This document shows, in pieces, positions 19,289-29,986 of a stretch of DNA of 64,000 nt. Numbering within the stretch: position 1 is the stretch's first letter; each line of letters begins with the position of its first letter. This DNA is from Candidatus Lustribacter sp. (GTDB taxonomy: Bacteria > Vulcanimicrobiota > Vulcanimicrobiia > Vulcanimicrobiales > Vulcanimicrobiaceae): contig OZ255842.1 in assembly GCA_965277805.1 (NCBI GenBank), forward strand, positions 5,280,001 to 5,344,000, written 5' to 3'. Below the pieces are notes generated by a model, which saw only the letters and a list, made by a program, of their open reading frames with translations, had not been told where the DNA came from and made no database searches. A program made the position numbers and the translations under genes.

Positions 19289-21931
19289 GTGACAGCTTTC
19301 GTCGGGTGGCGATCTGTTTTTGCTACGCTCGCGGCTCTGACCGTCGTTACGGGGCTCGGGTTAGCTTTCGCGCGGGGGCATAACGAAACGGTCAACGCGT
19401 TCGTGCCCGCGACCCTGTTTTTGGCGGCGCTGTTCGATTTCGCGACGTTTGCGATTTTAACGGCGTCGGAGCGCGTCGACGACGATCGGCCCAACCTGAT
19501 CCTCGCCGCCGCATTCATGGCAGCGGGCACATTTGCGCTCGTGAGTCTCGCGGTCGTCCCACCGCTTCCGGGCGTCCCGGCGCTGGTACCGGCGCCGGCG
19601 GGCTTTTCGCTGTGGATCTACTGGCTCGGCCACACCTACGTCGGCATCGCCGCACTCGTTTACGCCCAACTCCGTTCCATCGGACCCCGCCACCGCGACG
19701 CGCGCTTTACCAGTGCCGTAGCTGCGGGCGCCTTGGCTCTGTTCGCGGCCGCTGTGGCCGCGGCACTCACCGGCAGCGCGCTCGCACCCCTCGGAGCGTT
19801 GTTCGCCGCTCTCCTAGCAGGGGCGGTCTGCGCCGCGGGATGCGTCCGCCTGGCCTTGCTGCCGGAAAAGAACGCCGTCGAACGCGCGGTCGCAACGATG
19901 CTGTTGGCCATGACGCTCGACGTTGGAGTCGCGTGGGTGGCCGGCCATCGATTCACGTTTGGCTGGAGCGCGTCGCGGGTGTTGCTGCTTTTGGGCTCGG
20001 CCCTCGTCTTCTCTGCCGTGCTGCGGCGGCTCCTCGCCGAGCACGCACGCCTGCGGGACGTCGAGCAGGCGTTCGCGTCTGCGAGCCGCCGCGCAGCGCG
20101 TATTCGCGCGCTGTGGCATGTGTCGTCGAGCGACGCGCTCAACGATGCCGAGCACCTGCAGGCCGTCCTCGATGCCGGCCGCACTGCACTGCGCGTCGAT
20201 CACCCGATTTTCGGCATGATCTACCAAATCGAAGGTGACGAGGTCGTCGTGAACGCGATCTCCTGGTCGGGAGATGCCGAAGCGCATGCGGCGGCGCTGG
20301 CGGTCTTCGCTCCTTCCGTGCGCTTCCCGATCGGTCAAACGGCAGCGACGGAGCTCGTTTCGAGCGGCCGCACGCGTCACTGGAACGACATCGATCCACA
20401 CGATCCGCCATCCGGGTTGATCGGATTCGCGCAATGGACGAACGTTGTCGCCGCCACGTTCCAGATTGGGCGCGTAACGTATATTCTCGCGTTTGGAACG
20501 AGCGTTCCACTCGCGTCCGAGCCGTTCGCTGAAGACGATCTCGCCTTCGTCGACGTACTCGCATCGCAACTCTCGCATCGTTTCTATGAACGCGAGCAGC
20601 TGGCGCGGATTCGCTACCAAATGGAGCACGACGCGCTTACGGGCCTGTGTAATCGGACCGAGTTCCGTAAAGCAGTACGCGAACGGGTAAGCGCCGGGAG
20701 CCCGTTTGCCGTAGTTATGCTCGACTTAGACGGCTTTCGCTTTATCAACGAGACTGCCGGCCATCTCATTGGTGACGAGATTTTGGTTGAAGTCGCGGCA
20801 ACGCTCTCCGGCTTGCGCGAAGGCGACGTCGTGGCGCGTTTGGCCGGCGACGATTTCGGCATCGTCATGAATGACATCGGGAAGAACGGCACGCTCGCCG
20901 CCGGACTGCAGCGCTACGCAGCGGTGTTCGACCGTCCGTTTCATACCGGCGATCGCGAAGGGAAACGCTTCCTGCCGGTTGCGGCCTCGATCGGAGCAGC
21001 GGTCTTTCCCAACGACGGGAAGACGGTAGACGACTTGGTGCGATGCGCCGACGTTGCGCTCGATGCCGCAAAGCAGCGCGGCGGGGGAACGACGGTTCTC
21101 TATGCCGATTCGATGGCGGCGACGAGCAACGACCTCTACCGGTTCCGGGGCGAACTGGTGGAGGCGTTTCAAACCGACGCCTTCATTTTGGAATACCAAC
21201 CGACGTTCGATCTGAGCACTGGCCGTACGGTGGGAGCAGAAGCACTAGTACGCTGGGATCATCCGCGGCGGGGCCGGCTACAACCGGCGGAGTTCGTCGA
21301 GTTCGCGGAGCGGTCGGGGCTCGGCGGCCGTCTCGCACGATGGGTGCTGAGACGGGTGTGCGATGACCTGGGACCACTCGAACTGCCGCCGGGATTCCGG
21401 TGCTATTTTAACCTCCCGGCGCATCTCTTGGACGATCCGGCGTTTTTAACCGAGTTGGAAACCCAGCTCGAGGGCGTTCCGAGCCTGGCGCGGCATCTCG
21501 GGGTCGAGATCACCGAGAGCGAAGCGATGCAAAACGCGGAGCGAACCGTTCAGGCACTGCGGAACATCCAGGAAATCGGCCTACGAGTCGCGATCGACGA
21601 TTTCGGTACGGGCTACTCGTCGATGGCGTATCTCAAGCGTTTTCCGATCGACGTCGTCAAGATCGACCGCTCGTTCATATCCGGTTTACCGGACGACGAG
21701 AAGGACGCCGCTCTCGACGAGATGTTTCTTCAGCTGACTCGGCAATTCGGATTCGTGAGTCTGGCTGAAGGCATCGAAACCGAGAACCAAGCGGCTTGGC
21801 TGCGCGGTCACGGATGCATGCTCGGGCAAGGCTTCCTCATGTCTCGGCCGCTGCCGGTCGAGGCCTTTGTAAACCACATGCAAGCCGAGAAAATGCTCGA
21901 TTCGCTTTCGATCGAGTCGGCAACGTTATAG
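19289..21931 (+). CDS. MASE4-like membrane sensor + GAF + GGDEF + EAL protein
   Basis: N-terminal TM block; HDALTGLCNR, RLAGDDF; AEALVRW, DDFGTGYSS, AEGIET. Confidence 0.88.
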   Translation: MTAFVGWRSVFATLAALTVVTGLGLAFARGHNETVNAFVPATLFLAALFDFATFAILTASERVDDDRPNLILAAAFMAAGTFALVSLAVVPPLPGVPALVPAPAGFSLWIYWLGHTYVGIAALVYAQLRSIGPRHRDARFTSAVAAGALALFAAAVAAALTGSALAPLGALFAALLAGAVCAAGCVRLALLPEKNAVERAVATMLLAMTLDVGVAWVAGHRFTFGWSASRVLLLLGSALVFSAVLRRLLAEHARLRDVEQAFASASRRAARIRALWHVSSSDALNDAEHLQAVLDAGRTALRVDHPIFGMIYQIEGDEVVVNAISWSGDAEAHAAALAVFAPSVRFPIGQTAATELVSSGRTRHWNDIDPHDPPSGLIGFAQWTNVVAATFQIGRVTYILAFGTSVPLASEPFAEDDLAFVDVLASQLSHRFYEREQLARIRYQMEHDALTGLCNRTEFRKAVRERVSAGSPFAVVMLDLDGFRFINETAGHLIGDEILVEVAATLSGLREGDVVARLAGDDFGIVMNDIGKNGTLAAGLQRYAAVFDRPFHTGDREGKRFLPVAASIGAAVFPNDGKTVDDLVRCADVALDAAKQRGGGTTVLYADSMAATSNDLYRFRGELVEAFQTDAFILEYQPTFDLSTGRTVGAEALVRWDHPRRGRLQPAEFVEFAERSGLGGRLARWVLRRVCDDLGPLELPPGFRCYFNLPAHLLDDPAFLTELETQLEGVPSLARHLGVEITESEAMQNAERTVQALRNIQEIGLRVAIDDFGTGYSSMAYLKRFPIDVVKIDRSFISGLPDDEKDAALDEMFLQLTRQFGFVSLAEGIETENQAAWLRGHGCMLGQGFLMSRPLPVEAFVNHMQAEKMLDSLSIESATL

Positions 21932-21955
21932 GGAGCTAATTTCGGAGCAACGACG

Positions 21956-22240
21956 ATGTCTTCAAGCGAGAGACGTTTTCAGCTGTTCATTTCCGGGCGT
22001 TCGCCGAATTCGCAATCGGCGGTCGCCAACATTCGGCGCACGATGCAACGTGCAAAGTTCGCGTCGATCGAACTCGAGACGATCGACGTCAACCAGCGTC
22101 CCGAACTCGCCGAGGACGCCCACGTCGTCCGAACGCCGACGCTGATCTGTTACGAAGGCGCAGTGGAGCGCCGGCTGATCGGCGACTTGAGTTCGGAGGC
22201 GGAGCTCATGTCCTTTTTGGAGGGCGATGAGGCCGGCTAG
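21956..22240 (+). CDS. kaiB: KaiB-like protein
   Basis: [40 protein letters not shown]. Confidence 0.82.
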   Translation: MSSSERRFQLFISGRSPNSQSAVANIRRTMQRAKFASIELETIDVNQRPELAEDAHVVRTPTLICYEGAVERRLIGDLSSEAELMSFLEGDEAG

Positions 22241-22905
22241 ATACCGTCCGGAACGCTCATCACGATCGGCGTGCCGGGGACGGTCAGCTTCGCGCCGGTC
22301 GCCGCGCGTACGTCGTCGACGCTGACGCCGGGCGCGACTTCGCGCAGCACGAGGCCGTCCGGCGTGATGTCGATCAGCGCGAGGTCGGTCGCGATCTGCT
22401 GCACGACGCCCTTCCCCGTAAGCGGCAGGTCGCAGCGCTCGAGGATCTTGTGCGCGCCGCCTTTTGCGGTATGCTCCATCATCACGATCACGCGCTTCGC
22501 ACCGTGCACGAGATCCATCGCGCCGCCCATGCCCTTGACGACTTTGCCCGGGATGACCCAATTTGCCAAGTCGCCGTTGCTCGCAACCTGCATCGCACCC
22601 AATACGGCGATGTCGACTTTGCCGCCGCGGATCATGCCGAATGATGTGGCCGAATCGAAGAACGACGCGCCCGGCAGCACGGTCACGGTTTCCTTGCCGG
22701 CATTGATCAAATCGGGATCTTCCTCGCCCGCGTACGGGTAGGGGCCGAAGCCGAGAATACCGTTCTCGCTCTGCAGTACCACGGTAACGCCGGCCGGAAT
22801 GTAATTCGGAATCAGCGTCGGCAAACCGATGCCTAGGTTGACGTAGGCACCGTCGCGCAGTTCGCGCGCCACGCGCGCGGCGAGTTGGTTTCGCGTGAGC
22901 GCCAC
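22237..22905 (-). CDS. scoB: 3-oxoacid CoA-transferase subunit B
   Basis: [27 protein letters not shown] start. Confidence 0.92.
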   Translation of the reverse strand: MALTRNQLAARVARELRDGAYVNLGIGLPTLIPNYIPAGVTVVLQSENGILGFGPYPYAGEEDPDLINAGKETVTVLPGASFFDSATSFGMIRGGKVDIAVLGAMQVASNGDLANWVIPGKVVKGMGGAMDLVHGAKRVIVMMEHTAKGGAHKILERCDLPLTGKGVVQQIATDLALIDITPDGLVLREVAPGVSVDDVRAATGAKLTVPGTPIVMSVPDGI

Positions 22906-22906
22906 G

Positions 22907-23677
22907 CTATGCTCCTTGGCTCTGGCCGGGACGGGGGCGCGTCGTGACGCGCTCGATGCTCTTGCCGGCGCTGCCCACTTCCACGACGCGCTGGATGAAG
23001 ATGCCGGGCAGATGCACCGCTTCGGGATCGATCTCGCCCGGCTCGACGAGCTGCTCGACTTCCGCGATCGCGATCTTCCCGGCCATCGCGCACAGCGGGT
23101 TGAAGTTGCGCGTGGCTTTGTGAAACACGAGGTTGCCGTGACGGTCGCCGATGCTGGCCCGCACGAGCGCGAAGTCGCAGACGATGCCCTCTTCGAGCAC
23201 GTACTCACGGCCGTCGAAGACGCGCGTTTCTTTCTTCGGCGACGCCACCGCGACGCTGCCGCCGGAACCGTAGCGCCACGGCAAGCCGCCGTCAGCGACC
23301 AGCGTGCCGACGCCGGCCGGCGTGTAGAACGCCGGAATGCCCGAACCGCCGGCGCGCATGCGTTCGGCGAGCGTGCCTTGCGGCACGAGTTCGACTTCGA
23401 TTTCCCCGCCCAGATACTGGCGTTCGAACTCTTTGTTCTCGCCGACGTACGAACTGATCGTGCGGCGAATGCGCTTTGCGCCGAGCAGTACCCCGAGGCC
23501 CTTGCCGTCGACGCCGCAGTTGTTCGACACCGTGACGAAATCGGTCGCACCGGTTGCGTAGAGGGCCTCGATCAGGTTGAACGGGATGCCGTTTAGTCCG
23601 AATCCGCCCACGGCGAGCGAAGCGCCGCTGGGGATATCCCGCACCGCTTCGGCGCACGTTGCAATGACCTTGTCCAT
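22907..23677 (-). CDS. scoA: 3-oxoacid CoA-transferase subunit A
   Basis: [36 protein letters not shown]. Confidence 0.92.
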   Translation of the reverse strand: MDKVIATCAEAVRDIPSGASLAVGGFGLNGIPFNLIEALYATGATDFVTVSNNCGVDGKGLGVLLGAKRIRRTISSYVGENKEFERQYLGGEIEVELVPQGTLAERMRAGGSGIPAFYTPAGVGTLVADGGLPWRYGSGGSVAVASPKKETRVFDGREYVLEEGIVCDFALVRASIGDRHGNLVFHKATRNFNPLCAMAGKIAIAEVEQLVEPGEIDPEAVHLPGIFIQRVVEVGSAGKSIERVTTRPRPGQSQGA

Positions 23678-23689
23678 ATCACGCGACCT

Positions 23690-25273
23690 TCAACGCAACG
23701 CGATCGACATCCGGTCGAGCCGCCATGCGGCAAATCCGGCTAAGACGGCGGCTTCGAGCAACGTCGCCGCGCCGGCCACGAGCAGCGCGACCGTGACGGT
23801 GTGTTCGAAAATCCCGAACACCAAGCCCGCCGCCAGCGGCGGGAGGATCAGCACGTACCCGAGCAGCAGGCGCACGAACAGCAACGGGCCGCGCTGATCG
23901 ATGTCGTTCGGCAGCAACGCGTAGGATGCGTAACCGATCGCGCCGGCCAGCAAGATCGTGCACGGTCCGATCACGAGCGCGGCGACGACGAGCGGCACGC
24001 CGCCGCGTCCGGCCGCAAGTCCGATTCCCGCGAGCACGCACCAGCCGATCAGCCGCCAGCCTTGCGCGAAGCCGAGCGCGCACAAACGTTCGAACAGCGT
24101 CGCATCCGAAAGCCAAAAGAGCGGCCGGCGCAGCTCGGCTGCGAGCGACGCCGCGCGCATCACGGCCAGGATGAACACGATGTTCACCAGCGGCGACGCG
24201 AAGGCGATCAGCGTTTCCGGGCTGTTCGAGCGCACGAGCAACGCGATCGCGTAACCGCCGAAGAGCGCGAGCGCCGTTTCGATGCTCGTCGAACGCACGC
24301 TGGTGGTGCGGCGGTATTCGGTCCAGGCCCGCCAGATGAAGATCGCGACGCCGCCCGGCGCTCCGCGCACGGTCGACTCCACCCGCACGGTGGGCGGCGC
24401 CGGCGGTGTGCGCATCGCCCAGCCGAACGGCCGCGAACGCAACCGCTCGGTGCGCGCGAAGCGCTTCATCGACAGCTCGTAGAGCTCGGGATACGCGTCG
24501 CGCGCGGCGTGGGCGACGTAGGTGAACAGCACCGCGGTGGCAACGAGCAGCAGCGCGATCGCGGCGCCCCCTTCACGCCCTCCGGCGGCCAGAATCGTGC
24601 CCGGCTGCCAGGCCGGCAGGCCGCGCGCGAACGCGACCGCTCCCGGCACGCTCGCGAAAAACGTATCGGCGGCATCGCGGACGATGACCAGCACGCCGGC
24701 AGCGATGCACGCTGCGCCCGCAGCGATCGCAAGCGGGATCACGCGCGGCGGAAGAAGCTGGCGCGCCAGAGGCACCGCCGCGATGAACGCGAGCGCGACG
24801 CAGAGCAGCACGAGGTCGCGCACGAGGGCGGCTGCCGGCAGCGCGGACGGCAGATAGACCACGGCGATGTACAGGAGCCCGATCGCTTGGCGCGCGCCGC
24901 CGCGTACGATCTGCCGCGTCTGCACGTAGAGCGTCGCGATGAACGGCTCGGCCGGGGAGTCGATGATGAACCGGGCCTCGGCCGGATGGGCGAAGAGACC
25001 GGCGTAGCGATCGCCGAACGCGAGGACCGCACCGAAAGCCAAGATGATGATGCTGACGATCGTATCGAGGACGGAGCGATTGCCGATCAAAGGTCCGTGG
25101 CCGGCGATGCCGTTGGCGTGCGCGGCGTTGAAGATGCGCAATCCGATCAGTGCGGCGACCAGCGCCGCGAACAGCAGCCAGATGAGCGCGCGCGCCGGCG
25201 ACTGCCGGATCTCGCGCAGCTGGTTCACGAACGATCGCACATCCGCGTAGAACAGCGCGCGCAGCGTCGTCAT
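23690..25273 (-). CDS. Putative ABC exporter membrane subunit
   Basis: Large polytopic membrane protein with ATGA overlap to the ABC ATPase. Confidence 0.75.
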   Translation of the reverse strand: MTTLRALFYADVRSFVNQLREIRQSPARALIWLLFAALVAALIGLRIFNAAHANGIAGHGPLIGNRSVLDTIVSIIILAFGAVLAFGDRYAGLFAHPAEARFIIDSPAEPFIATLYVQTRQIVRGGARQAIGLLYIAVVYLPSALPAAALVRDLVLLCVALAFIAAVPLARQLLPPRVIPLAIAAGAACIAAGVLVIVRDAADTFFASVPGAVAFARGLPAWQPGTILAAGGREGGAAIALLLVATAVLFTYVAHAARDAYPELYELSMKRFARTERLRSRPFGWAMRTPPAPPTVRVESTVRGAPGGVAIFIWRAWTEYRRTTSVRSTSIETALALFGGYAIALLVRSNSPETLIAFASPLVNIVFILAVMRAASLAAELRRPLFWLSDATLFERLCALGFAQGWRLIGWCVLAGIGLAAGRGGVPLVVAALVIGPCTILLAGAIGYASYALLPNDIDQRGPLLFVRLLLGYVLILPPLAAGLVFGIFEHTVTVALLVAGAATLLEAAVLAGFAAWRLDRMSIALR

Positions 25274-25995
25274 GAGCCGGTGAGGTCCAGAAAGATATCT
25301 TCCAGCGAACCGGCATGCTCGGCCCGCAGTTCTCCGATCGTTCCGCTGGCCACGACGCGGCCGTGGTTGAGCACGATGATCCGGTCGCTCAGCACTTCGG
25401 CCGATCCGAGCTGGTGCGTGCTGATCATCAGCGCGGTACCGGCGGTGCGCAGCTCGGCGAGCATTTCGCGCAACTCGCGCTGCCCGCGCGGATCGAGTCC
25501 GATCATCGGTTCGTCGAGCAGCAGCACCGGAGTTCCGGCCAGCACCGTCGCGGCGATCAGCGTTTTTTGACGCATGCCCTTGGAGAGCGCATTGCCGATG
25601 GTGTCGCGTTCGCCGATCATGCCGAAGCGTGCCAGCAGTGCCTCACCCCGCGCTTCCCAGCTCGCATCGAGCCGGCATAGCCGAGCGACGAAAACGAGGT
25701 GCTCCCAAACCGTGAGCAGCGGATAGACGTCGGGCGTTTCGGGGATGACGGCCACCGTGCGGCCGCGATCGCTTTCGAGCAATCGACCGTCGAAGCGAAT
25801 CGTTCCGGCGTTCGGGCGCGCGAGGCCGGCCAGGCACGCGAACGTCGTCGATTTTCCGGCGCCGTTGGGTCCGAGCAGCGCGACGATCTCGCCGCTGGCC
25901 ACCGAAAACGAGATATCCTCGATCGCGGTCTTTGCGCCGAAGCGTTTGGTGAGGCCCGAAACGTTGAGGCTCGCGCTGGGTGGACCGGAGCTCAT
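25270..25995 (-). CDS. ABC transporter ATP-binding protein
   Basis: GPNGAGKST, LSKGMRQK, LDEP. Confidence 0.92.
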   Translation of the reverse strand: MSSGPPSASLNVSGLTKRFGAKTAIEDISFSVASGEIVALLGPNGAGKSTTFACLAGLARPNAGTIRFDGRLLESDRGRTVAVIPETPDVYPLLTVWEHLVFVARLCRLDASWEARGEALLARFGMIGERDTIGNALSKGMRQKTLIAATVLAGTPVLLLDEPMIGLDPRGQRELREMLAELRTAGTALMISTHQLGSAEVLSDRIIVLNHGRVVASGTIGELRAEHAGSLEDIFLDLTGS

Positions 25996-26029
25996 CGTAG
26001 CGCAGCGGAGAGCAGTCGAGGACCACCCA

Positions 26030-27856
26030 TCATGCGGGGGTGGCTTCTTCTTCGCGCTCGCGAAATTGCGTCAGGTAGAGCTGGGCGTAGGCGCCGTCGC
26101 GCGCGAGCAAGTCGTGATGGGTGCCCGATTCGACGATGCGGCCGTGCTCGACGACGAAGATCACGTCGGCGTTGAGGATCGTCGAGAGACGATGGGCGAT
26201 GACGAGGCTCGTGCGGCCCTGCATCAGCGGCACGAGGGCGGCCTGGATCAGCGCTTCGTTGTTGGAATCGAGCGCGCTCGTGGCCTCATCGAGAATGAGG
26301 ATGCACGGGTTCTTGAGCAGCACGCGCGCGATCGCCAATCGTTGGCGCTCGCCGCCCGAGAGCTTGTGTCCGCGTTCGCCGACGACGGTTTCGTAGCCGA
26401 GCGGCTGGCGCATGATGAAGTCGTGGATGTTGGCCGCTTTCGCCGCCGCGATCATCTGCTCGTCGGTCGCGTCCTGGCGCGCATAGCGCAGATTGGCCGC
26501 GATCGTGTCGTGGAAGAGATACGTCTCTTGCGTGACGATCCCGATGTTTTCGCGCAGCGACGCGAGCGTCACATCGCGTACGTCGATGCCGTCGATCCGC
26601 ACGCTGCCGCGCTGCGGGTCGTAGAAGCGCGGCACGAGCTGGGTGATCGTCGTCTTGCCGGCCCCGGACGGGCCGACGAAGGCCGCCATCTGACCGGGCT
26701 CGATGTGGAAGCTGACGCCGTCGAGGGCCGTGCGGTCTTCGCTGTAGTTGAAGTAGACGTCGTCGAAGCGCACGTCGCCGTTGACGTTTTTGAGGACGAG
26801 CGCGTCGGGCTTCTCTTCACCTTCGGGCTTCATGTCCAAGTAGTTGAAGATGCGCTCGAACACGGCCAGCGCCGACACGATCTGCACTTGGACGCCGGCC
26901 AGCGACGAGGCGGGCGTATACAGGCGCCCGAGATACCCGACGAACGCCACGATCGTTCCGACCGTTACGCCGCCGTTGATCGCGAGCCATGCGCCCGCCA
27001 GCCACACCAATGCGGGCCCGATGATGATCATGGCGTTGATCGAGGCCATGAACCACCGGCCGACCATTGCGAGCCGGATCTCGAGGTCCATCAAGTCGGT
27101 GCCGGTCTTATAGAAGCGCGCGCGCTCGAACGGTTCCCGGACGAACGACTTGATCAGCGTGATGCCCGAGATCGAGAGCGTCTCTTGCGTAATCGACTCG
27201 ATCTCATCGCGTTTGCGGCGAGTCAGCTTGCGGATGTCGTACATGCGCCGGCCCACCGGCGAGAGGGGGACGATCATCAGCGGAATGATCGCGAGCGACA
27301 CCAGCGCCAGGCGCCAGTCCAAAATAAAGATCGTGACGACGGTCGTGATCATCGTCGCGATATTGGTCACGATTGACACCAGCGTACCGGTCACCACGTT
27401 GTCGATGTTGTCGACGTCGGAGGAGACGCGGTTCATGATCTCGCCCGTCTTCGTGCCGGTGAAGAACGAGAGCGGCATGTGGTGCAGGTGCGCGACGAGG
27501 GTCGTGCGGATGTCGCGCATGATCCCCTCGCCCACGAGCGAGTTGAGATACCCTTGATACACGCCGATGACGCCGCTCGTAATCGCGCTGACGGCCATGC
27601 CGCCGACGTTGAAGGCCACCAGGCTCATCGAGTGCTGGGGGATCGCGTCGTCGATGATCCACTTTGCGAACAGGGGCGGCAAGAGGCCGATCACCGACCC
27701 GACCACGATGCAGATCAGGGTCAGGACTTCTTGCTTCCAATACGGCAAGAAGAACGACCCGAGTCGCTTCCAATCGACCTTACGTTCGATCTTCGGCTTG
27801 TCGGGACTGAACATCGACGACCACATCATGTGGCTCGGACCACCACCACCTAGCAC
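26030..27856 (-). CDS. ABC exporter, fused permease/ATPase (MsbA/MdlB-like)
   Basis: TM domain plus GPSGAGKTT, LSGGERQR, LDEATSALD. Confidence 0.93.
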   Translation of the reverse strand: MLGGGGPSHMMWSSMFSPDKPKIERKVDWKRLGSFFLPYWKQEVLTLICIVVGSVIGLLPPLFAKWIIDDAIPQHSMSLVAFNVGGMAVSAITSGVIGVYQGYLNSLVGEGIMRDIRTTLVAHLHHMPLSFFTGTKTGEIMNRVSSDVDNIDNVVTGTLVSIVTNIATMITTVVTIFILDWRLALVSLAIIPLMIVPLSPVGRRMYDIRKLTRRKRDEIESITQETLSISGITLIKSFVREPFERARFYKTGTDLMDLEIRLAMVGRWFMASINAMIIIGPALVWLAGAWLAINGGVTVGTIVAFVGYLGRLYTPASSLAGVQVQIVSALAVFERIFNYLDMKPEGEEKPDALVLKNVNGDVRFDDVYFNYSEDRTALDGVSFHIEPGQMAAFVGPSGAGKTTITQLVPRFYDPQRGSVRIDGIDVRDVTLASLRENIGIVTQETYLFHDTIAANLRYARQDATDEQMIAAAKAANIHDFIMRQPLGYETVVGERGHKLSGGERQRLAIARVLLKNPCILILDEATSALDSNNEALIQAALVPLMQGRTSLVIAHRLSTILNADVIFVVEHGRIVESGTHHDLLARDGAYAQLYLTQFREREEEATPA

Positions 27857-27940
27857 GTCCGTTACAACCCCCGAAGCTTCCTAACGGTTCACGCTCCGGT
27901 AAAGGGGCAAGGCGGGTGCACCGGGGAAATGGGGCGCGGA

Positions 27941-28957
27941 ATGACGCCGCTCGCCGAGACGCCCGACTCCGCGGGCGCACACGCGATCCGCTGCATCGTC
28001 TATAACACGGGCGAAGCGCCGCGGACCCTCGACGACCTCGACGCGATCAGCGACGTGATTGCCGCTCGCAGCGGCTTCGTCTGGCTCGATATCGCGGAGC
28101 CCACGCCCCACAATCTCGAGCTGCTCCAGCGCGAGTTCGAGATCCATCCGATCGCGATCGAAGATGCGAGCCTCTGGCACGAGCGGCCCAAGATCGAGTT
28201 CTTCGAGCACTACGTGCTGGTCATCGCGCACGCTGCGGCCCCGGACGCCGAGGGCGAGCTGGTCACCCACGAGGTCGCCGTGCTGGCCGGGGACCAGTAC
28301 GTGGTCACGCTGCGCGCGGCGCCCGTGTACCCGCTCGCCGAGGTCGAGCGCCGCTTCCGGACCACGGTGTCGATCCCGCACGACGCGACCGGCCTGCTCT
28401 ACGTTATACTCGACACGATCGTCGACGGGTTCTTTCCGATCACGGAGAGCTTCGATGACCGGCTGGTGCGGCTCGAGGACCGTCTCTTCGATAATGACAA
28501 GTTCAGCGAGCGCACCGAACACGAGATCTTCCTGTTCAAACGCGCGCTCGTGCTGTTCCGCTCGATCGTGGCGCCGATGCGCGACATCCTACTGCGGCTG
28601 ACGCACAACGAGATCGCACCCTTGAAGCCCGGTCTCGGGCTCTATTTCCGCGACGTGCACGATCACATTTTGCGCGCGCTCGAGCAGATCGACATCACCC
28701 GCGATCTGGTCAACAGCACGCTCGACATCCATTTGGCGTCGCAGTCGCACCGCCAGAACGAAGTCTCCAAACAACTGACGATCATCGCGACGATCTTCTT
28801 GCCGCTGACCTACATTACGGGGTTCTTCGGTCAAAACTTCGGCTGGATGGTCAACAACGTCGTCAGCCCGCAGATCTTCTGGTATCTCGGCGTCGGCTCG
28901 CAAGTCGCCACCGTGATCATCCTGTTCTGGTACTTCCGCTACAAAAAGTGGTTTTAG
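27941..28957 (+). CDS. corA: CorA-family divalent cation transporter
   Basis: IHPIAIEDA, RDVHDH, LTIIATIFLPLTYITGFFGQNF, KKWF end; alternative start 27929. Confidence 0.9.
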   Translation: MTPLAETPDSAGAHAIRCIVYNTGEAPRTLDDLDAISDVIAARSGFVWLDIAEPTPHNLELLQREFEIHPIAIEDASLWHERPKIEFFEHYVLVIAHAAAPDAEGELVTHEVAVLAGDQYVVTLRAAPVYPLAEVERRFRTTVSIPHDATGLLYVILDTIVDGFFPITESFDDRLVRLEDRLFDNDKFSERTEHEIFLFKRALVLFRSIVAPMRDILLRLTHNEIAPLKPGLGLYFRDVHDHILRALEQIDITRDLVNSTLDIHLASQSHRQNEVSKQLTIIATIFLPLTYITGFFGQNFGWMVNNVVSPQIFWYLGVGSQVATVIILFWYFRYKKWF

Positions 28958-29980
28958 TTACTTTTTGCCGTTTCGAATGCTCGCGAGTTCGCGGAAGAGT
29001 TTCTTTTCTTTGTCGCTGAGGTCGGTCGGCAGCGTGCCGATCAGCCGCACGTACTCATCGCCGTGTGCGTCACTCTTGAGCTTGGGCATGCCTTTGCCGC
29101 CCAGGCGCATGAATTTGTTGCTCGGCGTGCCGGCCGGAACGGTCATGCTGACTTCGCCGTCCATCGTCGGCACCGCGACGTCGCCGCCGAGGACGAGATC
29201 GTAGATGCTTACGGGCAAATCGATGTAGAGGTCGTCGCCGCGCCGTTCCCACTTTTTGTCTTCGGGAAAGTGCGCGATGAGGTAGAGGTCGCCGCGCGGT
29301 CCGTTGTTGATGCCAGCTCCGCCTTGACCGGCGAGCCGGATCCGCTGGCCCTCGCGCACGCCCTTCGGAATCGAGACGTCGAAGCGTTTCGTCTGCACGA
29401 TCTTGCCGCGGCCGCCGCACTCGGGGCACACGCGGGCGTTTTTCGTCCCGCTGCCGCCGCACGTCGGGCACGGCTCTTCGATCTGCAATGCCACGCTTTT
29501 CTTGCCGCCGGAGTACGCTTCGGGGAGCGTGAGATCGAGCGTCGTTTCGAGATCCTCGCCCTGTTGCGGTCGCGTGCGCGTCCGCGGCTCGGGCCCGGTC
29601 GGACGCTTTCCGATGTTCTGAAAGAACGCGTCGAAAAAGTCCGAGAAGCCGCTGCCGTCGCCGAAGTTCGCGCTGCTGAATCCGCTCGCGCCCGCCCCAC
29701 CGGCCGGCCGGCCGGCGGAACGTTGCTGCGCACTCTCTTGCGCGGCGCGCTGCCAATCGCTGCCGAGAACGTCGTACTTGCTGCGCTTTTCGGGATCCCC
29801 GAGCACCTCGTAGGCCTCTTGGATATCCTTGAATTTTTCCTCGGCCGCTTTTTGGTTATCCGGATTTGCATCCGGATGCCACTTGCGCGCGAGTTTGCGG
29901 TAGGCCGACTTGATGTCTTTGGCCGCCGCGGTTTTCGGCACGCCGAGGATCGCGTAGTAGTCCTTGTAATTCACGGCCAT
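28958..29980 (-). CDS. dnaJ: DnaJ/CbpA-type co-chaperone
   Basis: J-domain with HPD, G/F region, two CxxCxGxG repeats, C-terminal domain. Confidence 0.9.
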   Translation of the reverse strand: MAVNYKDYYAILGVPKTAAAKDIKSAYRKLARKWHPDANPDNQKAAEEKFKDIQEAYEVLGDPEKRSKYDVLGSDWQRAAQESAQQRSAGRPAGGAGASGFSSANFGDGSGFSDFFDAFFQNIGKRPTGPEPRTRTRPQQGEDLETTLDLTLPEAYSGGKKSVALQIEEPCPTCGGSGTKNARVCPECGGRGKIVQTKRFDVSIPKGVREGQRIRLAGQGGAGINNGPRGDLYLIAHFPEDKKWERRGDDLYIDLPVSIYDLVLGGDVAVPTMDGEVSMTVPAGTPSNKFMRLGGKGMPKLKSDAHGDEYVRLIGTLPTDLSDKEKKLFRELASIRNGKK

Positions 29981-29986
29981 ACGCGG

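Noticed and set aside
21956-22240. Complete circadian clock locus
   Set aside because: No kaiA or kaiC in the window.
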